A stretch of DNA of 64,000 nt from Wickerhamiella versatilis (GCA_030867685.1 JAQOWU010000008.1:2604001-2668000), one strand, 5' to 3'; shown: positions 19,593-30,611, counted from the stretch's first letter. Program-made: numbers and translations. Notes: a model not told the origin generated them from the sequence alone.

Positions 19593-20220
19593 TTACAGGG
19601 ATATCAGGCTGCGGGTCACACGGCGGCTCTCTGAGGCATATAGCATTCCAGCCGAGACTCCGAGCTACCCTTACATTTGTTGGACTATCATCTACGAAGT
19701 AGCAGCGAGATACGTCGCGACCAGCGCCGCTGTCCTGCATGGCCCGCTCAAACATTTCTGGCATTGGCTTGCAGATCATAGGAATCTTTCCATAGTCACA
19801 GAAAGTCAATCCTTCGAAAAGATCGTGGATACCCAATAGCCTAACTACCCTCCAAGCATGGTTCACATAGGCATTGGTGAAAAGCCACAGTTTTATCTTA
19901 GTACGGTCTATCTTTTCCAGGAGCGACCGCAGTGCGGGATCCGGTTTGATGATATCTTCAAGGGGCAACGCATCATCCACTTTTGCATTGTAATCAATTG
20001 CATCTACCTGATGATGTCGAACTAGACCTTCGATGGCAAGGCCATAATCGCGGTAGTAACTACGTTGAAGCCGGCTGGCTTCCTCCGGTGATAAGTTTAA
20101 TGCGGTTGTGAAATATGCCTCAATATACTCGGCCATGAGGTCAGCAACGCCCAGATTTTTCGAATATAGACAGTTATCTATATCAAAAAAGGCTACAATA
20201 CGATCATCACCGGAAGACAT
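19534..20220 (-). CDS. SDT1: HAD pyrimidine 5'-nucleotidase (Sdt1/Phm8)
   Basis: FFDIDNCLY, YGLAIEGL, LWLFTNAY, CKP, YFVDDS. Confidence 0.92.
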   Translation of the reverse strand: MSSGDDRIVAFFDIDNCLYSKNLGVADLMAEYIEAYFTTALNLSPEEASRLQRSYYRDYGLAIEGLVRHHQVDAIDYNAKVDDALPLEDIIKPDPALRSLLEKIDRTKIKLWLFTNAYVNHAWRVVRLLGIHDLFEGLTFCDYGKIPMICKPMPEMFERAMQDSGAGRDVSRCYFVDDSPTNVRVARSLGWNAICLREPPCDPQPDIPVISSLEELQTVWSPLFVDSR

Positions 20221-20882
20221 GATGAGCACAACGGTGCTACGTAACTGTCCCGGATTACTAATACTAAAGTAAGATAGCTTTGGATTTAAGTTTTATTTCT
20301 TGAAACAGCCATAATTCGTCATAATACCAGTAAATATTGATGTGACTATGAATTATTTATGGATAGTTAACCGATCGCAGGCTTTGACTATTAATCCCCT
20401 TCTCAGAGCCTAAATCTTCCTAGAATAAAACGCTATCTCTAACATCTGAACCTAATGAAACTATTGAGTTTAACAAGCATGTAGTGCCTGAACAAATTAA
20501 TAGAGTGTCATTTGTCGCAATCAGACGAAATCAAGCGTATGTCCGATATCCCATCCCGTTCCCAGAAAGATTTCCAATTTCAGAAGCTTCGTCGGTGGGG
20601 ATGTCTAAACTGTGCAGGAACACTATCAGCAATGCCTCACTGTAGATATCTCGTACACTGTTTCGGAAAATCTCGAAACACAGTGTTTTTGCACTCTCCC
20701 GAAAGCAAAGCCTCCGTTTCCAAACGCCTCACACATTGAAAGGTCATAATTCAGCATAAATATAGCTCTCAAAAAAGTTCTTAGTGCACCCGCCAGAACT
20801 AATAGTCTATTATATCTACAAATAATCGAGGTTTAGTCTGTCTCAAGTCTCCGCATTGGATGAGTCATTAGTCACTGGTTTA

Positions 20883-22142
20883 ATGAGAGGTGGGCCAATA
20901 TTGGCTTCACGCGCTTTGCATGAGCAGGCCGCTAAATTTAAGATGCTGCGGCCTACTGATAGTATTGTTTATCCACCAGACAGTGAAGTAATCAACCCTC
21001 GTCATTTCTATCAAACAGCCGTCTCACATTGGCTTCAAAGGACTCCGCGTCCTCTTTCAATTCGTCAAGTACTCTATTTCGGACGCCATCCAACACGGCA
21101 GAAGCTCGTTGCATCTGCAAATCATGCAGCCGAAGAGCTCACAATCCGCTTTGCGCATCGCATTAACATGATGCAACGATTACCTTACAGAATTATGGAA
21201 AATCCACATTTTCTAACTGTGTACGAGAAGTATATCTACAGTTTTGACATGATAAGAAAGCTTGGTCGTATTCAGACGCTTAATGATAACGAAAAATTCT
21301 GCGATACGGGAAACAAACTGTTGACGCTACATACGAGGGTTGCAGCAGACATAATTACGGGTATGCTTGAGCACATGCATTATGGCTGTGATTCTTCCGA
21401 CACTGCAATAATAAATAAACTGGTTGCAATATTATTGACGTCTCGATTGAGTCGTCGTGTGCTTGTGAAGCAGCATTTGGAGTTAACGAAAGCACTTGAG
21501 AAGGGCGAGAAGGAGGGTGCTGTTGGTGTGGTAAATCTTCATACACATGTGGTTGATACTGCAAAACGTGCTGCTATGCTTGCCCAAAGATGGCTTTCAC
21601 TGCAATATCCAGACGCAGTTATGCCAGAGGTCGTGTTTGAGGGAGATCTTGACGCTTATTTCCCATATATTCAGACTCATTTTGAATATATTATTGGTGT
21701 GATTTTGCTTAACTCTCTCGAAGCATGCCTGAGACGGAACGTTAGTGACCCAGTCGTTGTATCTATTAGTACCAAAACTGATAATGTGCTCGTTCGGATT
21801 AGCGATCACGGTGGTGGTGTACAAGATCAAGATGCTTTAGCTAACATGTGGTCTTTTGCTAAACCACTCTCGACCTTATCGATGCCCATAGACGCAGAAA
21901 TGCTAGCGGGACATGGCTTTTTCAATCTAGTATTCCCATCGGAGGATCTTGGTACAAATGCTACTATACCAGAAGACTTTGGGAGAACGAAGATGGGATT
22001 GGGATTGGCTATTGCTAGACTTTACGCTGAGTACTGGAATGGTGCAGTTGATCTTCAGAGTATAGACGGTTTTGGGTGTGACGTCCTTTTAAGACTATCA
22101 CGATTCGGCACAAACCGAGAAAATTTACGCTTTACCCTCTAA
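20883..22142 (+). CDS. Mitochondrial pyruvate/branched-chain ketoacid dehydrogenase kinase (Pkp-type)
   Basis: PLSIRQ, ELTIRFAHRI, SRLSRRVLVKQH and GHKL boxes (LNSLEA, ISDHGGG, MGLGLAIARLYAEYWNG, GFGCD). Confidence 0.88.
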   Translation: MRGGPILASRALHEQAAKFKMLRPTDSIVYPPDSEVINPRHFYQTAVSHWLQRTPRPLSIRQVLYFGRHPTRQKLVASANHAAEELTIRFAHRINMMQRLPYRIMENPHFLTVYEKYIYSFDMIRKLGRIQTLNDNEKFCDTGNKLLTLHTRVAADIITGMLEHMHYGCDSSDTAIINKLVAILLTSRLSRRVLVKQHLELTKALEKGEKEGAVGVVNLHTHVVDTAKRAAMLAQRWLSLQYPDAVMPEVVFEGDLDAYFPYIQTHFEYIIGVILLNSLEACLRRNVSDPVVVSISTKTDNVLVRISDHGGGVQDQDALANMWSFAKPLSTLSMPIDAEMLAGHGFFNLVFPSEDLGTNATIPEDFGRTKMGLGLAIARLYAEYWNGAVDLQSIDGFGCDVLLRLSRFGTNRENLRFTL

Positions 22143-22223
22143 CCAAGACTTTAAACAGGGTAGTTTTTATGAATTACATCTTATAGAAATACTAACTACT
22201 GAACTTATAGATTAGTAAAGGTC

Positions 22224-25200
22224 ATGCCACGCGGAAGTGACGCGGCGGTTGACCACCCTCCAGATGAGAATGTGGCAGTATCACCCAAATTAGCCAATAA
22301 CACAGAATCTGAGGCTCTGCCAGAGTCACAGAAGGATGGCAGCTCGACGGATAATGCCCCTCCGCGTGAGTCAGGAGATGACCCGACCGACACTGAAGAG
22401 GCAAATACTTCTGCCCCTTTAGACCATGATAGGTCCACTGAGCCTAGTAACGAGAAAGAATCTTGTCCCCCCGACAATGGGTCAAATCCAGATACTGGGG
22501 CTGAGTCGCAGGATGTACAACCTCAGGACGGAGAGGAGCCAGTTGAAGAGCCTGAAAAGGTCACCGAAAAAAGCGAGGGAGATAAGGATGAGGCTGAAAA
22601 AGCTAACGGTGAGAGCCTTCCCAATGAGCAGTCTTCTATAGTTTTGGAATCTGATGGGAATGATACCAATGGCCGGAGGTCAAGGTCAGTGAGCGCCCGC
22701 CGTAGTCGTCGTCGAAACTCTATAGCACTCTCTCGTGGGAGTTTGGACGGTGGTAGTAATGTAATGAAACCAGGGAAAGTACATATATTGAATGCAATGC
22801 AACGTATTTTGGCCTCAAAGGATGCAAAACGAACACCAGTCCTAGCTCAAACAGCACAGCGTGCTGTTGAACAGTTTGAGAATAACACAGAAGAACTTCC
22901 ACCTGCATATTTAGTCCTTGAACCTCTAAGGATCGTCTGTACTCAGGGTACGCATACTGACCTTAAGGTGACAGCACTGGAGTGTATTGCTCAACTTTTC
23001 TCCTTTTCATACCTGAACGAGGACACTGACGATGAGGAAGCTCTGCTCAAAAGTGGTGCTGTACCACTTCTTACTCAAGCTGTAGATATGGTATGTGACG
23101 TGTATGATGCGGATGCTACTGATGCTCGGATAGAATTGCACATTGTTAGGGCGCTCCATGCGGCTTTATGCAATGAAGAGCTCCCAATACATGGGCCTTT
23201 GATGCTAAAAGCCGTAAGACAAATCTACAACGTGTTTGTCATATCCAGGTCTAAGTCCAATCAGACAATTGCACAGGTCGCACTAACACAAGCAAGTGGT
23301 GCGATATTTGGGAGAATCAAAACCCGACTTCGAACTAGTTCTAACACTCAACTGGCTGAGACGTCATCTGAGAGTAACATTACAACTGACGAACCACTTA
23401 CACTGAGTCAAATCCAGAATGCCCCTCACGGTTCCATAGAAGAAGATGAGGAAGCCATCACAGATCAAACTGAGCACGAGAGAGAAGTACAAGATGCATT
23501 CCTTCTCTTCAGGACACTATGCAAGCTCAGCGAGAAAACAGATGTTGCTGTGAATGAAGTAAAGAGTCATGGTATGCGCTCCAAGTTATTCAGTCTCCAT
23601 TTACTGCACCTTACGCTTAAAACGCATATCAGTGTGTTCTCTGCCAAAAATCTTATCGTTCGTTTCCGTAACCGCGGTGTACGGTTTGCGTACGCGATAA
23701 AGGATTATCTCTGTTCTACGTTATCCCACAATGCGACATCCATCAGCCCTGCGATATTCGAGATTTCAGCGGAAATATTCTGGCTTGTCTTGAGTAATTT
23801 GCGTAGCGAGTTTAAACGTGAAATCGAGGTGTTCTTCAAAGAGGTTTACTTTACAATCATGGAGATGCGCACTGCTAGCCCACACCAAAAACAATTCTTC
23901 TTGGTTCTGGTAGCGCGTATCTGCAATGATCCCCGTGCTCTCGTCGAACTCTATCTCAATTATGACTGTGACCCGCAAGCGTCGAATGTCTTTGAAAATC
24001 TCATTGGCCTGGTGGTTCGCCTGGCAGTAATGCCGATACCACAGCTTTCAGCACAACAAATTGATGCCTGGGAAATAGACAGAAATAAAAATATCTCTGT
24101 CTACAATCTCAGTCAACCTCCTTCGGCAGCTATGGACCAGCTATTGATAACTGGTGGACGACCTCAGGAGAACCGTGACTATCCATTTGAGTATGCCATG
24201 AGGATTTCCGCCCTTGAGGCCTTGGTCGGGGTTCTGCGCTCATTGCTTTTATGGTCGCAGAGAGGATCGTTAGAAGCTCAACAGCCTAAAATAGAATTAT
24301 CTGTGCCTGAAAAACCAGATGATGATAATTCATCAGACCAAGACAACCCAGGTCAGTTTGAAACTCGAAAGTCGAACAAAAAAGCACTCGATAATGCAAT
24401 TGCTGAGTTCAATTTCAAGCCGAGCCGTGGTGTAGATATTATGCTAACATCGGGTTTAATCTCTGAACGGAGCCCAAAAGAAGTTGCGCGGATTCTTCTT
24501 ACGACAGATGGATTTGACAAAAAGAAAATCGGTGAATTTTTAGGGGGCAGAGATGACTTTGAACGACAAGCAATGCACCATTTTGTCGGCGCGATGGACT
24601 TCGGTAACCTAACTTTTGTTCAAGCCTTACGCCAATGTCTACAGCGTTTCCGCCTTCCTGGTGAAGGTCAGGTTGTTGATAGATATATGTTGGAGTTTGC
24701 CACGAAATTCCATCAAGATAACCCTACTGTTTTCACCAATGCAACAACTCCTTATGTGTTGGCCTACTCTGTGGTTATGTTGAATACCGAACTGCATAGC
24801 CCTTCCATTGGATCTCGGAAGCGTATGTCCCTTGAAGATTTCATCGCAAATAATCAAGGCATTAATGATGGGCTAAGCTTGCCAGATCAATTTTTACGTG
24901 AAATTTATGACGAAATCGCCAACGCTGAAATTGTAATTGAGAGCGAGCACCAAGATGCTGCTATAAAGCAGCAGCCTGAGCCTGTATCTTCGGGTAGCTG
25001 GCTTCGTGGTAGCAGTGGGACCCATGAAGCTTACTTGCAAGCATCTGAGATTATAGTAACAAAGACAGCGCAACTGTTTAAATCGCTCGATCGTCAGCAT
25101 GAAGAGATTTATTATAATGCTTCGCATATTGAACATGTTCGTCCTATGTTTGAGGTGGCCTGGATGTCGATGCTTGCTGGTTTGAGCCGTGGATATCAAG

Positions 25201-27440
25201 CCCCTCAAAGTGAAGCTGAGGTAGATTTGGCGCTTGAAGGAATGGGTCTGGCACTCCGTATTGCTTGTCATTTTGACATAGAGCTTGCTCGGGTTAGCTT
25301 TATACAAACGCTAGTGAAATTTGCGAGCTTGCCGCATGTAACGCAACTTCAGCAAAAGAATATTGCAGCTGTCAAAATTCTTTTACGTGTTGTGCTGACC
25401 GAGGGAGAAATGCTGAAAGATTCCTGGTACGATGTTCTTCTTGTTGTCAGTCAGCTTGAACGTGTCCAATTAATAGTGCAGGGTGTTGACCCTGCCCTTA
25501 TTCCAGATATATCAACCTTATGGCTCAATTCCTCTGTGCCAGATGTGGGTTATGTTCCTGGTGATGTTGTCGAAGCTGTCACGTCTCGCGAATTGGTCGT
25601 TGCCTGTGACCAGCTACTCACCCAGACTGCTAAACTATCACCATTGGCCATGGTTGATTTCGTGAAGGCCTTGGCACGAGTTGCTATGGAAGAAATAGAG
25701 GTTTCACAAGGAGCACCGGAACCTCGCACGTCAGCCTTGCAAAAGATGGTTGATGTCGCACACTACAACATGGCACGAATCCGTATGGAGTGGCGGCAAA
25801 TATGGAAGGAGATGGGTGAGAAATTCAACGCTATATTAACTCATTCCAATGAGAGAGTAGTGGCATTTGCTCTTGACTCGCTCCGACAGCTTTCATTGCG
25901 CTTTTTGGATCTTGAGGAGTTGCCTCATTTCAAGTTCCAAAAAGATTTTCTCGAAAGTTTCCAGTATGTCATAAATTACAATCAATCTTCTAGAATAAAG
26001 GCACTTGCACTAGAGTGTCTTCGGCAGATGATTGTTACCAAAGGTAGTCAACTTCGATCCGGTTGGACTGCCATATTCGCAACAATTGAAATAGCTGCTC
26101 AGCAGCCTCATTCAGATGTGATTGAACTTGGATTCAGTGTAATCGATCTCATTTATAGAGACTACATTGACTATATCGTCAGTAATGAAGTCTTCGCCGA
26201 AATGCTTGATGCAATTTGTGTCCTAGCCTCACAAGCAGTGTCACCTAAGGTAGCCCTACACTCAGTGGAGATACTGCATCATTTATGTACACCAGAAAAA
26301 CCAGTAACGCTTTGGCATCTGGTCTTTCGTAGAATGCATCGCGTGATAATGGAGGGTCAAGATCTAGAGGTTCGTGAGAGGTGTCTCCGCAACCTGTTCA
26401 CTGTTATGACAGAGCAAGGTGGGCGCTTTGAGCGTGTTGACTGGGATCGCATATTTAGAGAAGATCTCTTCCCAATGTTTGCAGTACTCAGGGAGCCTTC
26501 ACCTGACAATGATGATCTTAGTCTCTGGTTGAGTTCTACTCTTATCCAAGCATTGCGTTCAATAGTGAGTCTCTTCGCTTCATATTTTGCAATGCTCGAA
26601 CATGAGCTTGACCACTTTTTCCTTGAATTGTTGAAGACCTGTATTTGCCAGGAGAATGATGCCGTGTCACGAGTAGGTAACGAATGCCTACAAGAGCTTA
26701 TCAAAACCAATACAACACGTTTCACAACAGAACACTGGCATATTATAACTACGAAGCTAGTGGAACTTTTCAAGGAAACCTTAGCTACGGAGCTCATGGA
26801 TCAAGAGATTCTTGAACACCCGAAGCCAGAAGCGTTCAGAAGTACTATAGCTAAGACAATACAATCACTTCTGATCACGGACACCGTTCGTGAACTCATT
26901 CATGTACCTGAAATATTTGCAAATATTCCTGTGCCGGATATATTACGGCTAACTACCCGTCTACGCATTTCTTATTCATTCGCACGAGATTTTAATCGAG
27001 ATCATGCACTCCGTGTGGAGTTGTATCATCGAGGAGTGGTGCCCCAGACCCCAAATTTGTTGCTTCAGGAGAAAAAGACATCCCAGGCATATATTTCGGT
27101 AAGCATGCGTCTTTTCCGAGAGAAATCTCGATTTGAAAATGATCCCCAGGCGCGCACGGACATTGCGGATGAGCTTATACCCATTTGCAAGCAGATCGTG
27201 AACGATTATAATTCTTTAAGTCCCTCGGATCATCGTTATGTAAAAATGCTCACTCCATTGGTGGAAAGTGTGCTATCGCATTTTTGTGCGTTTGCTGATG
27301 ACGATTTTAGTGATCATATTGGTGAACTTTATCTGGAGGTGATTGAAATTCTAAACAAGGATATGACCAAAGAACTGCGCGAGTGTGTCCAAAAAGTACT
27401 TCGTAGGGTCGCTGATGTACAACTTATCAACAACAAGTAA
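22224..27440 (+). CDS. SEC7: Large Arf GEF Sec7
   Basis: HUS box LYLNYDCD, Sec7 domain FRLPGEGQVVDR and LAYSVVMLNTELH, HDS motifs YNMARIRMEW and LDSLRQLS. Confidence 0.97.
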   Translation: MPRGSDAAVDHPPDENVAVSPKLANNTESEALPESQKDGSSTDNAPPRESGDDPTDTEEANTSAPLDHDRSTEPSNEKESCPPDNGSNPDTGAESQDVQPQDGEEPVEEPEKVTEKSEGDKDEAEKANGESLPNEQSSIVLESDGNDTNGRRSRSVSARRSRRRNSIALSRGSLDGGSNVMKPGKVHILNAMQRILASKDAKRTPVLAQTAQRAVEQFENNTEELPPAYLVLEPLRIVCTQGTHTDLKVTALECIAQLFSFSYLNEDTDDEEALLKSGAVPLLTQAVDMVCDVYDADATDARIELHIVRALHAALCNEELPIHGPLMLKAVRQIYNVFVISRSKSNQTIAQVALTQASGAIFGRIKTRLRTSSNTQLAETSSESNITTDEPLTLSQIQNAPHGSIEEDEEAITDQTEHEREVQDAFLLFRTLCKLSEKTDVAVNEVKSHGMRSKLFSLHLLHLTLKTHISVFSAKNLIVRFRNRGVRFAYAIKDYLCSTLSHNATSISPAIFEISAEIFWLVLSNLRSEFKREIEVFFKEVYFTIMEMRTASPHQKQFFLVLVARICNDPRALVELYLNYDCDPQASNVFENLIGLVVRLAVMPIPQLSAQQIDAWEIDRNKNISVYNLSQPPSAAMDQLLITGGRPQENRDYPFEYAMRISALEALVGVLRSLLLWSQRGSLEAQQPKIELSVPEKPDDDNSSDQDNPGQFETRKSNKKALDNAIAEFNFKPSRGVDIMLTSGLISERSPKEVARILLTTDGFDKKKIGEFLGGRDDFERQAMHHFVGAMDFGNLTFVQALRQCLQRFRLPGEGQVVDRYMLEFATKFHQDNPTVFTNATTPYVLAYSVVMLNTELHSPSIGSRKRMSLEDFIANNQGINDGLSLPDQFLREIYDEIANAEIVIESEHQDAAIKQQPEPVSSGSWLRGSSGTHEAYLQASEIIVTKTAQLFKSLDRQHEEIYYNASHIEHVRPMFEVAWMSMLAGLSRGYQAPQSEAEVDLALEGMGLALRIACHFDIELARVSFIQTLVKFASLPHVTQLQQKNIAAVKILLRVVLTEGEMLKDSWYDVLLVVSQLERVQLIVQGVDPALIPDISTLWLNSSVPDVGYVPGDVVEAVTSRELVVACDQLLTQTAKLSPLAMVDFVKALARVAMEEIEVSQGAPEPRTSALQKMVDVAHYNMARIRMEWRQIWKEMGEKFNAILTHSNERVVAFALDSLRQLSLRFLDLEELPHFKFQKDFLESFQYVINYNQSSRIKALALECLRQMIVTKGSQLRSGWTAIFATIEIAAQQPHSDVIELGFSVIDLIYRDYIDYIVSNEVFAEMLDAICVLASQAVSPKVALHSVEILHHLCTPEKPVTLWHLVFRRMHRVIMEGQDLEVRERCLRNLFTVMTEQGGRFERVDWDRIFREDLFPMFAVLREPSPDNDDLSLWLSSTLIQALRSIVSLFASYFAMLEHELDHFFLELLKTCICQENDAVSRVGNECLQELIKTNTTRFTTEHWHIITTKLVELFKETLATELMDQEILEHPKPEAFRSTIAKTIQSLLITDTVRELIHVPEIFANIPVPDILRLTTRLRISYSFARDFNRDHALRVELYHRGVVPQTPNLLLQEKKTSQAYISVSMRLFREKSRFENDPQARTDIADELIPICKQIVNDYNSLSPSDHRYVKMLTPLVESVLSHFCAFADDDFSDHIGELYLEVIEILNKDMTKELRECVQKVLRRVADVQLINNK

Positions 27441-27644
27441 TTAACGGGGATTATGCTCTAATGCCGGTTTCTTTCTTTTTTTTGGACTGAAAGTAATGCA
27501 AGGGTAGAACAGACATTAAATTTATATAGTCATAATTACCTCTCACCGGAAAGAGGAACAAAAAACTATATCATTCTACTGATATATAGCAATTTTTTGC
27601 TACAATTTAAATCCTGGGTAAGACAACGAATTGATTATGTAACC

Positions 27645-29351
27645 ATGCTCACCCGCATTCTTACCTTCTTGGCAGTTTATCAAGTTGTAATTGCAGGTTT
27701 CTACTCGGGTACTGGTGTTCTTGAGTTGACCTCGAAAAATTTTAAAAAAGAGGTTTTGCATAATGGGAATGTTTCTGTCGTAGAATTCTATGCGCCATGG
27801 TGCCCACATTGCAAGAATATGGTATCACAATACGCCAAATCAGCTAAGAGTTTGAGAGGTATAGCTCGGGTAGGTGCTGTAGATTGTGATGACCCACAAA
27901 ACAAAAAACTTTGTGCTACTTACCAAGTACAGGGATTCCCCACGATCAAAGTATTTCAACCGTCCAAATTGACAGATGTAGATTTCAAGGATGTCAACGA
28001 AGGAAAGCCAGTTCCGAAGCGCCGGCCACGTATATGGGATTACCAGGGACCTCGGGAATATAAAGCCATAAATAGTTTCGCGGTGTCTAAATTACGAAAC
28101 TATGCTGCCACTTTGAATTCTGAGAAGACTATCCCCTGGATGAAAAAGAACAAAGTACCACGGGTAGTAATGATGCCAGGACAAAAGTATAAGTCTAAGT
28201 CGGTGGCACCACTATTCAAAGTTCTTAGCCGAGAGTACTTTGGGAAGATTCGCTTCGGTTACTTACCTCGCCGCGCGGATGGTGCTTGGAGTTTGTTAGG
28301 TCTGAAGGCACCTGATGAGAGCCAACTTGTCTATATGTCAGACGATAGAGAACCACTTGTTTATAAGGGTGCTATGAAGAAGAAGCATATCAAAAAATTT
28401 ATTGACGAACAATACAACTTTGAAATGTCACGCCGAGCACGAAATGGAGACCAGGCGTCTGCTGATAGGGATGAAGCAGCCAATGGGCTCGAGTTTATTG
28501 TTGAGGACAAGCAAGAACCGGAAATGGAGCACATGAAGGAACGCAGAAAAGAAATTGACCAGGAAGCGGAGTATATACTAGAGGCACGCAGAGAAGCACT
28601 TGAACGGATAGGAGAAGACCCGTCCAAAATAGTTCCTTCTAAATTGTCATCAGTTCTAGTAGAGCCATTACCCGAGTCGACGTCTACTGATGATGGATCA
28701 ATTTTTATTCCGGATTTTGACGATGAGGAAGATGAGAGTGTCGATAGTACGGAGGAGATAGATTTCCCAGATGGCGATGCAATCCTCGATGAAATTGAAG
28801 ATGATTTGTTACCTGAGGATATTGTAGTTGAGGGTGAAAACACAGCACCTCAGACTACAAAATCCGAGCCCAAGGTAGGTAATGCACCCAAGCCTACGCC
28901 AGAAATAGTGATACGGGAAAATGGTCTCGAGTCTATGGATGAAATTATCAAGCATTGTCTTCGTCAGAGTGGAAGAAGTTGCGTGTTGCTTGCGACCTAT
29001 CCTGATCGCAAAAATGATGATATCTTTACCGTACAGCAATCAATCCAGTACTTGCCCAGAGAAGTTCGGAACAAAGTTATATTTCACTACACTATGCCCC
29101 ATACCAAAGACATTGAAACATTCCTGAAGTCACATGGTCTCGATGACCCCAGCCAGCAGTCCCCGGGTATTCTATACTTTGCCCCAGCGAAACGAAAATT
29201 TTCGACGTTTGACGCAGATTTCACTGCGATTGACTTAGCAAAATTTACTGTTGCTGGTTACGACCGGAGATTAGAGTGGCAACCATATCCTAAAAAGTAT
29301 GTTTATTGGGTGACAGAGGAAGAAGCTCTAATGCTTAAAGATGAGCTTTAA
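27645..29351 (+). CDS. MPD1: ER protein disulfide isomerase, Mpd1/PrpA-like
   Basis: Signal peptide, EFYAPWCPHCK, AVDCD..NKKLC..Y.VQGFPTIK and C-terminal KDEL. Syntenic with RRP36 and RDL2. Confidence 0.85.
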   Translation: MLTRILTFLAVYQVVIAGFYSGTGVLELTSKNFKKEVLHNGNVSVVEFYAPWCPHCKNMVSQYAKSAKSLRGIARVGAVDCDDPQNKKLCATYQVQGFPTIKVFQPSKLTDVDFKDVNEGKPVPKRRPRIWDYQGPREYKAINSFAVSKLRNYAATLNSEKTIPWMKKNKVPRVVMMPGQKYKSKSVAPLFKVLSREYFGKIRFGYLPRRADGAWSLLGLKAPDESQLVYMSDDREPLVYKGAMKKKHIKKFIDEQYNFEMSRRARNGDQASADRDEAANGLEFIVEDKQEPEMEHMKERRKEIDQEAEYILEARREALERIGEDPSKIVPSKLSSVLVEPLPESTSTDDGSIFIPDFDDEEDESVDSTEEIDFPDGDAILDEIEDDLLPEDIVVEGENTAPQTTKSEPKVGNAPKPTPEIVIRENGLESMDEIIKHCLRQSGRSCVLLATYPDRKNDDIFTVQQSIQYLPREVRNKVIFHYTMPHTKDIETFLKSHGLDDPSQQSPGILYFAPAKRKFSTFDADFTAIDLAKFTVAGYDRRLEWQPYPKKYVYWVTEEEALMLKDEL

Positions 29352-29467
29352 TAAATTAAAAATGCATCTACCCAAAGTAACTCCTAAGAGCATATCGCGC
29401 TATTCAAAGCCGCCAGTTGTCTAGCGCAAATCGATCTTGGGGGACTCATGTTGTGGTTTTTTTTTCC

Positions 29468-29752
29468 TCAGCCAAAAGCCACAACATTACAATAAGATAT
29501 ATTAAGAACGCCATCAATGGCATATGATTCGTGCAAAACAGCAATTTCAGCATCTAGCGATGGTGCAAAGGAAGAATTGATATAGCAAAATAGAGGCTGC
29601 TCCGCAGCTACACCTATTTGACGCCGTAAGTAATTTACTAAAGTTCCAAATTTGTTTTCACAGGACACATTGAAAGCTGGTGTGCGTAGTCTTTTCGTGT
29701 TGCCAACCGGTCGAAAGCGTACGGTAACTTTCGGGGGAGTCACATCACTCAT
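29468..29752 (-). CDS. ATG12: Ubiquitin-like autophagy protein Atg12
   Basis: KVTVRFRPVG, FCYINSSFAP and C-terminal YCNVVAFG. Confidence 0.93.
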   Translation of the reverse strand: MSDVTPPKVTVRFRPVGNTKRLRTPAFNVSCENKFGTLVNYLRRQIGVAAEQPLFCYINSSFAPSLDAEIAVLHESYAIDGVLNISYCNVVAFG

Positions 29753-29804
29753 GCCTAAATAGTTGGTGACGTAATCATTCAATTGTCCAAGTCTCGAGGA
29801 TTTC

Positions 29805-30095
29805 ATGATCACCAAGTACTTGCAGGCGGTGAATGTCCGTATGCCTGCTTATGGGAAGGCAGCAAAGTTGTCACGGGTCTTTCTTGCACAAATCCCACCT
29901 CGGAGACGTGGTGAAATCCTTCTTAACCTGAAAGTACTCCAGGAAAACGATTCTGCGAAGCCTGAGATCAGTGTCAAGTACAAGGACGGTACTCAAATCG
30001 AGGCAGATACATCTGCTATCAGCATGCGTGAAATGACAGAACTTTTTGATAGGTACAGCAGAAAACTACAAATTAACGAGTCACTAAATGAATAG
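29805..30095 (+). CDS. MRPL44: Mitochondrial ribosomal protein mL53
   Basis: MITKY...GKAAKLSRVFLAQIPP...KP.I.V.YKD...FDRYSRKL. Confidence 0.9.
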   Translation: MITKYLQAVNVRMPAYGKAAKLSRVFLAQIPPRRRGEILLNLKVLQENDSAKPEISVKYKDGTQIEADTSAISMREMTELFDRYSRKLQINESLNE

Positions 30096-30125
30096 ATCGA
30101 CTATTGTTTATATAATCATAGAAAA

Positions 30126-30611
30126 ATGAAACCACCAAGTGAACAGTCTTCGAAAAAGAGAGTTTCAGTGGTACGAGACATCCCTGGCCTGAAGTCTCGT
30201 GGAAACTTGTATCAAGATCCAAGATTTGATGCAGCATTGGGCAAAGCGGATTTGGCTAAGACTCGTGCCAACTATTCGTTTCTTGACGATCAACGGAAAA
30301 GGGAGCTCGACGAGCTCAAGGCACAACTGAAAAAATGCCGTGATACCTCAGAGCGTGAAGTTCTTGCCAAAGCGATCCAGTCACAGCAAAGCCGGCTAGA
30401 AACCATGCATAAACGGGATATTGAACTAAAAGTTATGGCCCGTGTAGGATCGAAAAAGATCAGTCGCGCCAAGAAGCGGGAAATGGTACTAGCTGAGCAA
30501 TTCAAGTCTCTGAAGTCTCGAGACAGGGCAAAGGTAATTGAAAAGCGCCTGCAGAAGACGGCTCAGAAAGAAAAGAAAAACCTACCCAATCGCCGCCCAC
30601 AAAACCAGTAA
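30126..30611 (+). CDS. RRP36: rRNA biogenesis protein Rrp36 (short form)
   Basis: PSEQSSKKRVSVVRDIPGL, YQDPRFD, NYSFLDD.R. Confidence 0.9.
   Translation: MKPPSEQSSKKRVSVVRDIPGLKSRGNLYQDPRFDAALGKADLAKTRANYSFLDDQRKRELDELKAQLKKCRDTSEREVLAKAIQSQQSRLETMHKRDIELKVMARVGSKKISRAKKREMVLAEQFKSLKSRDRAKVIEKRLQKTAQKEKKNLPNRRPQNQ

Noticed and set aside
20664-20835. RNase P RNA (GGAAAATCTCG pairing with TCGAGGTTT)
   Set aside because: No bulged U, only ~150 nt between the strands, and the 5' strand is already in a local hairpin.
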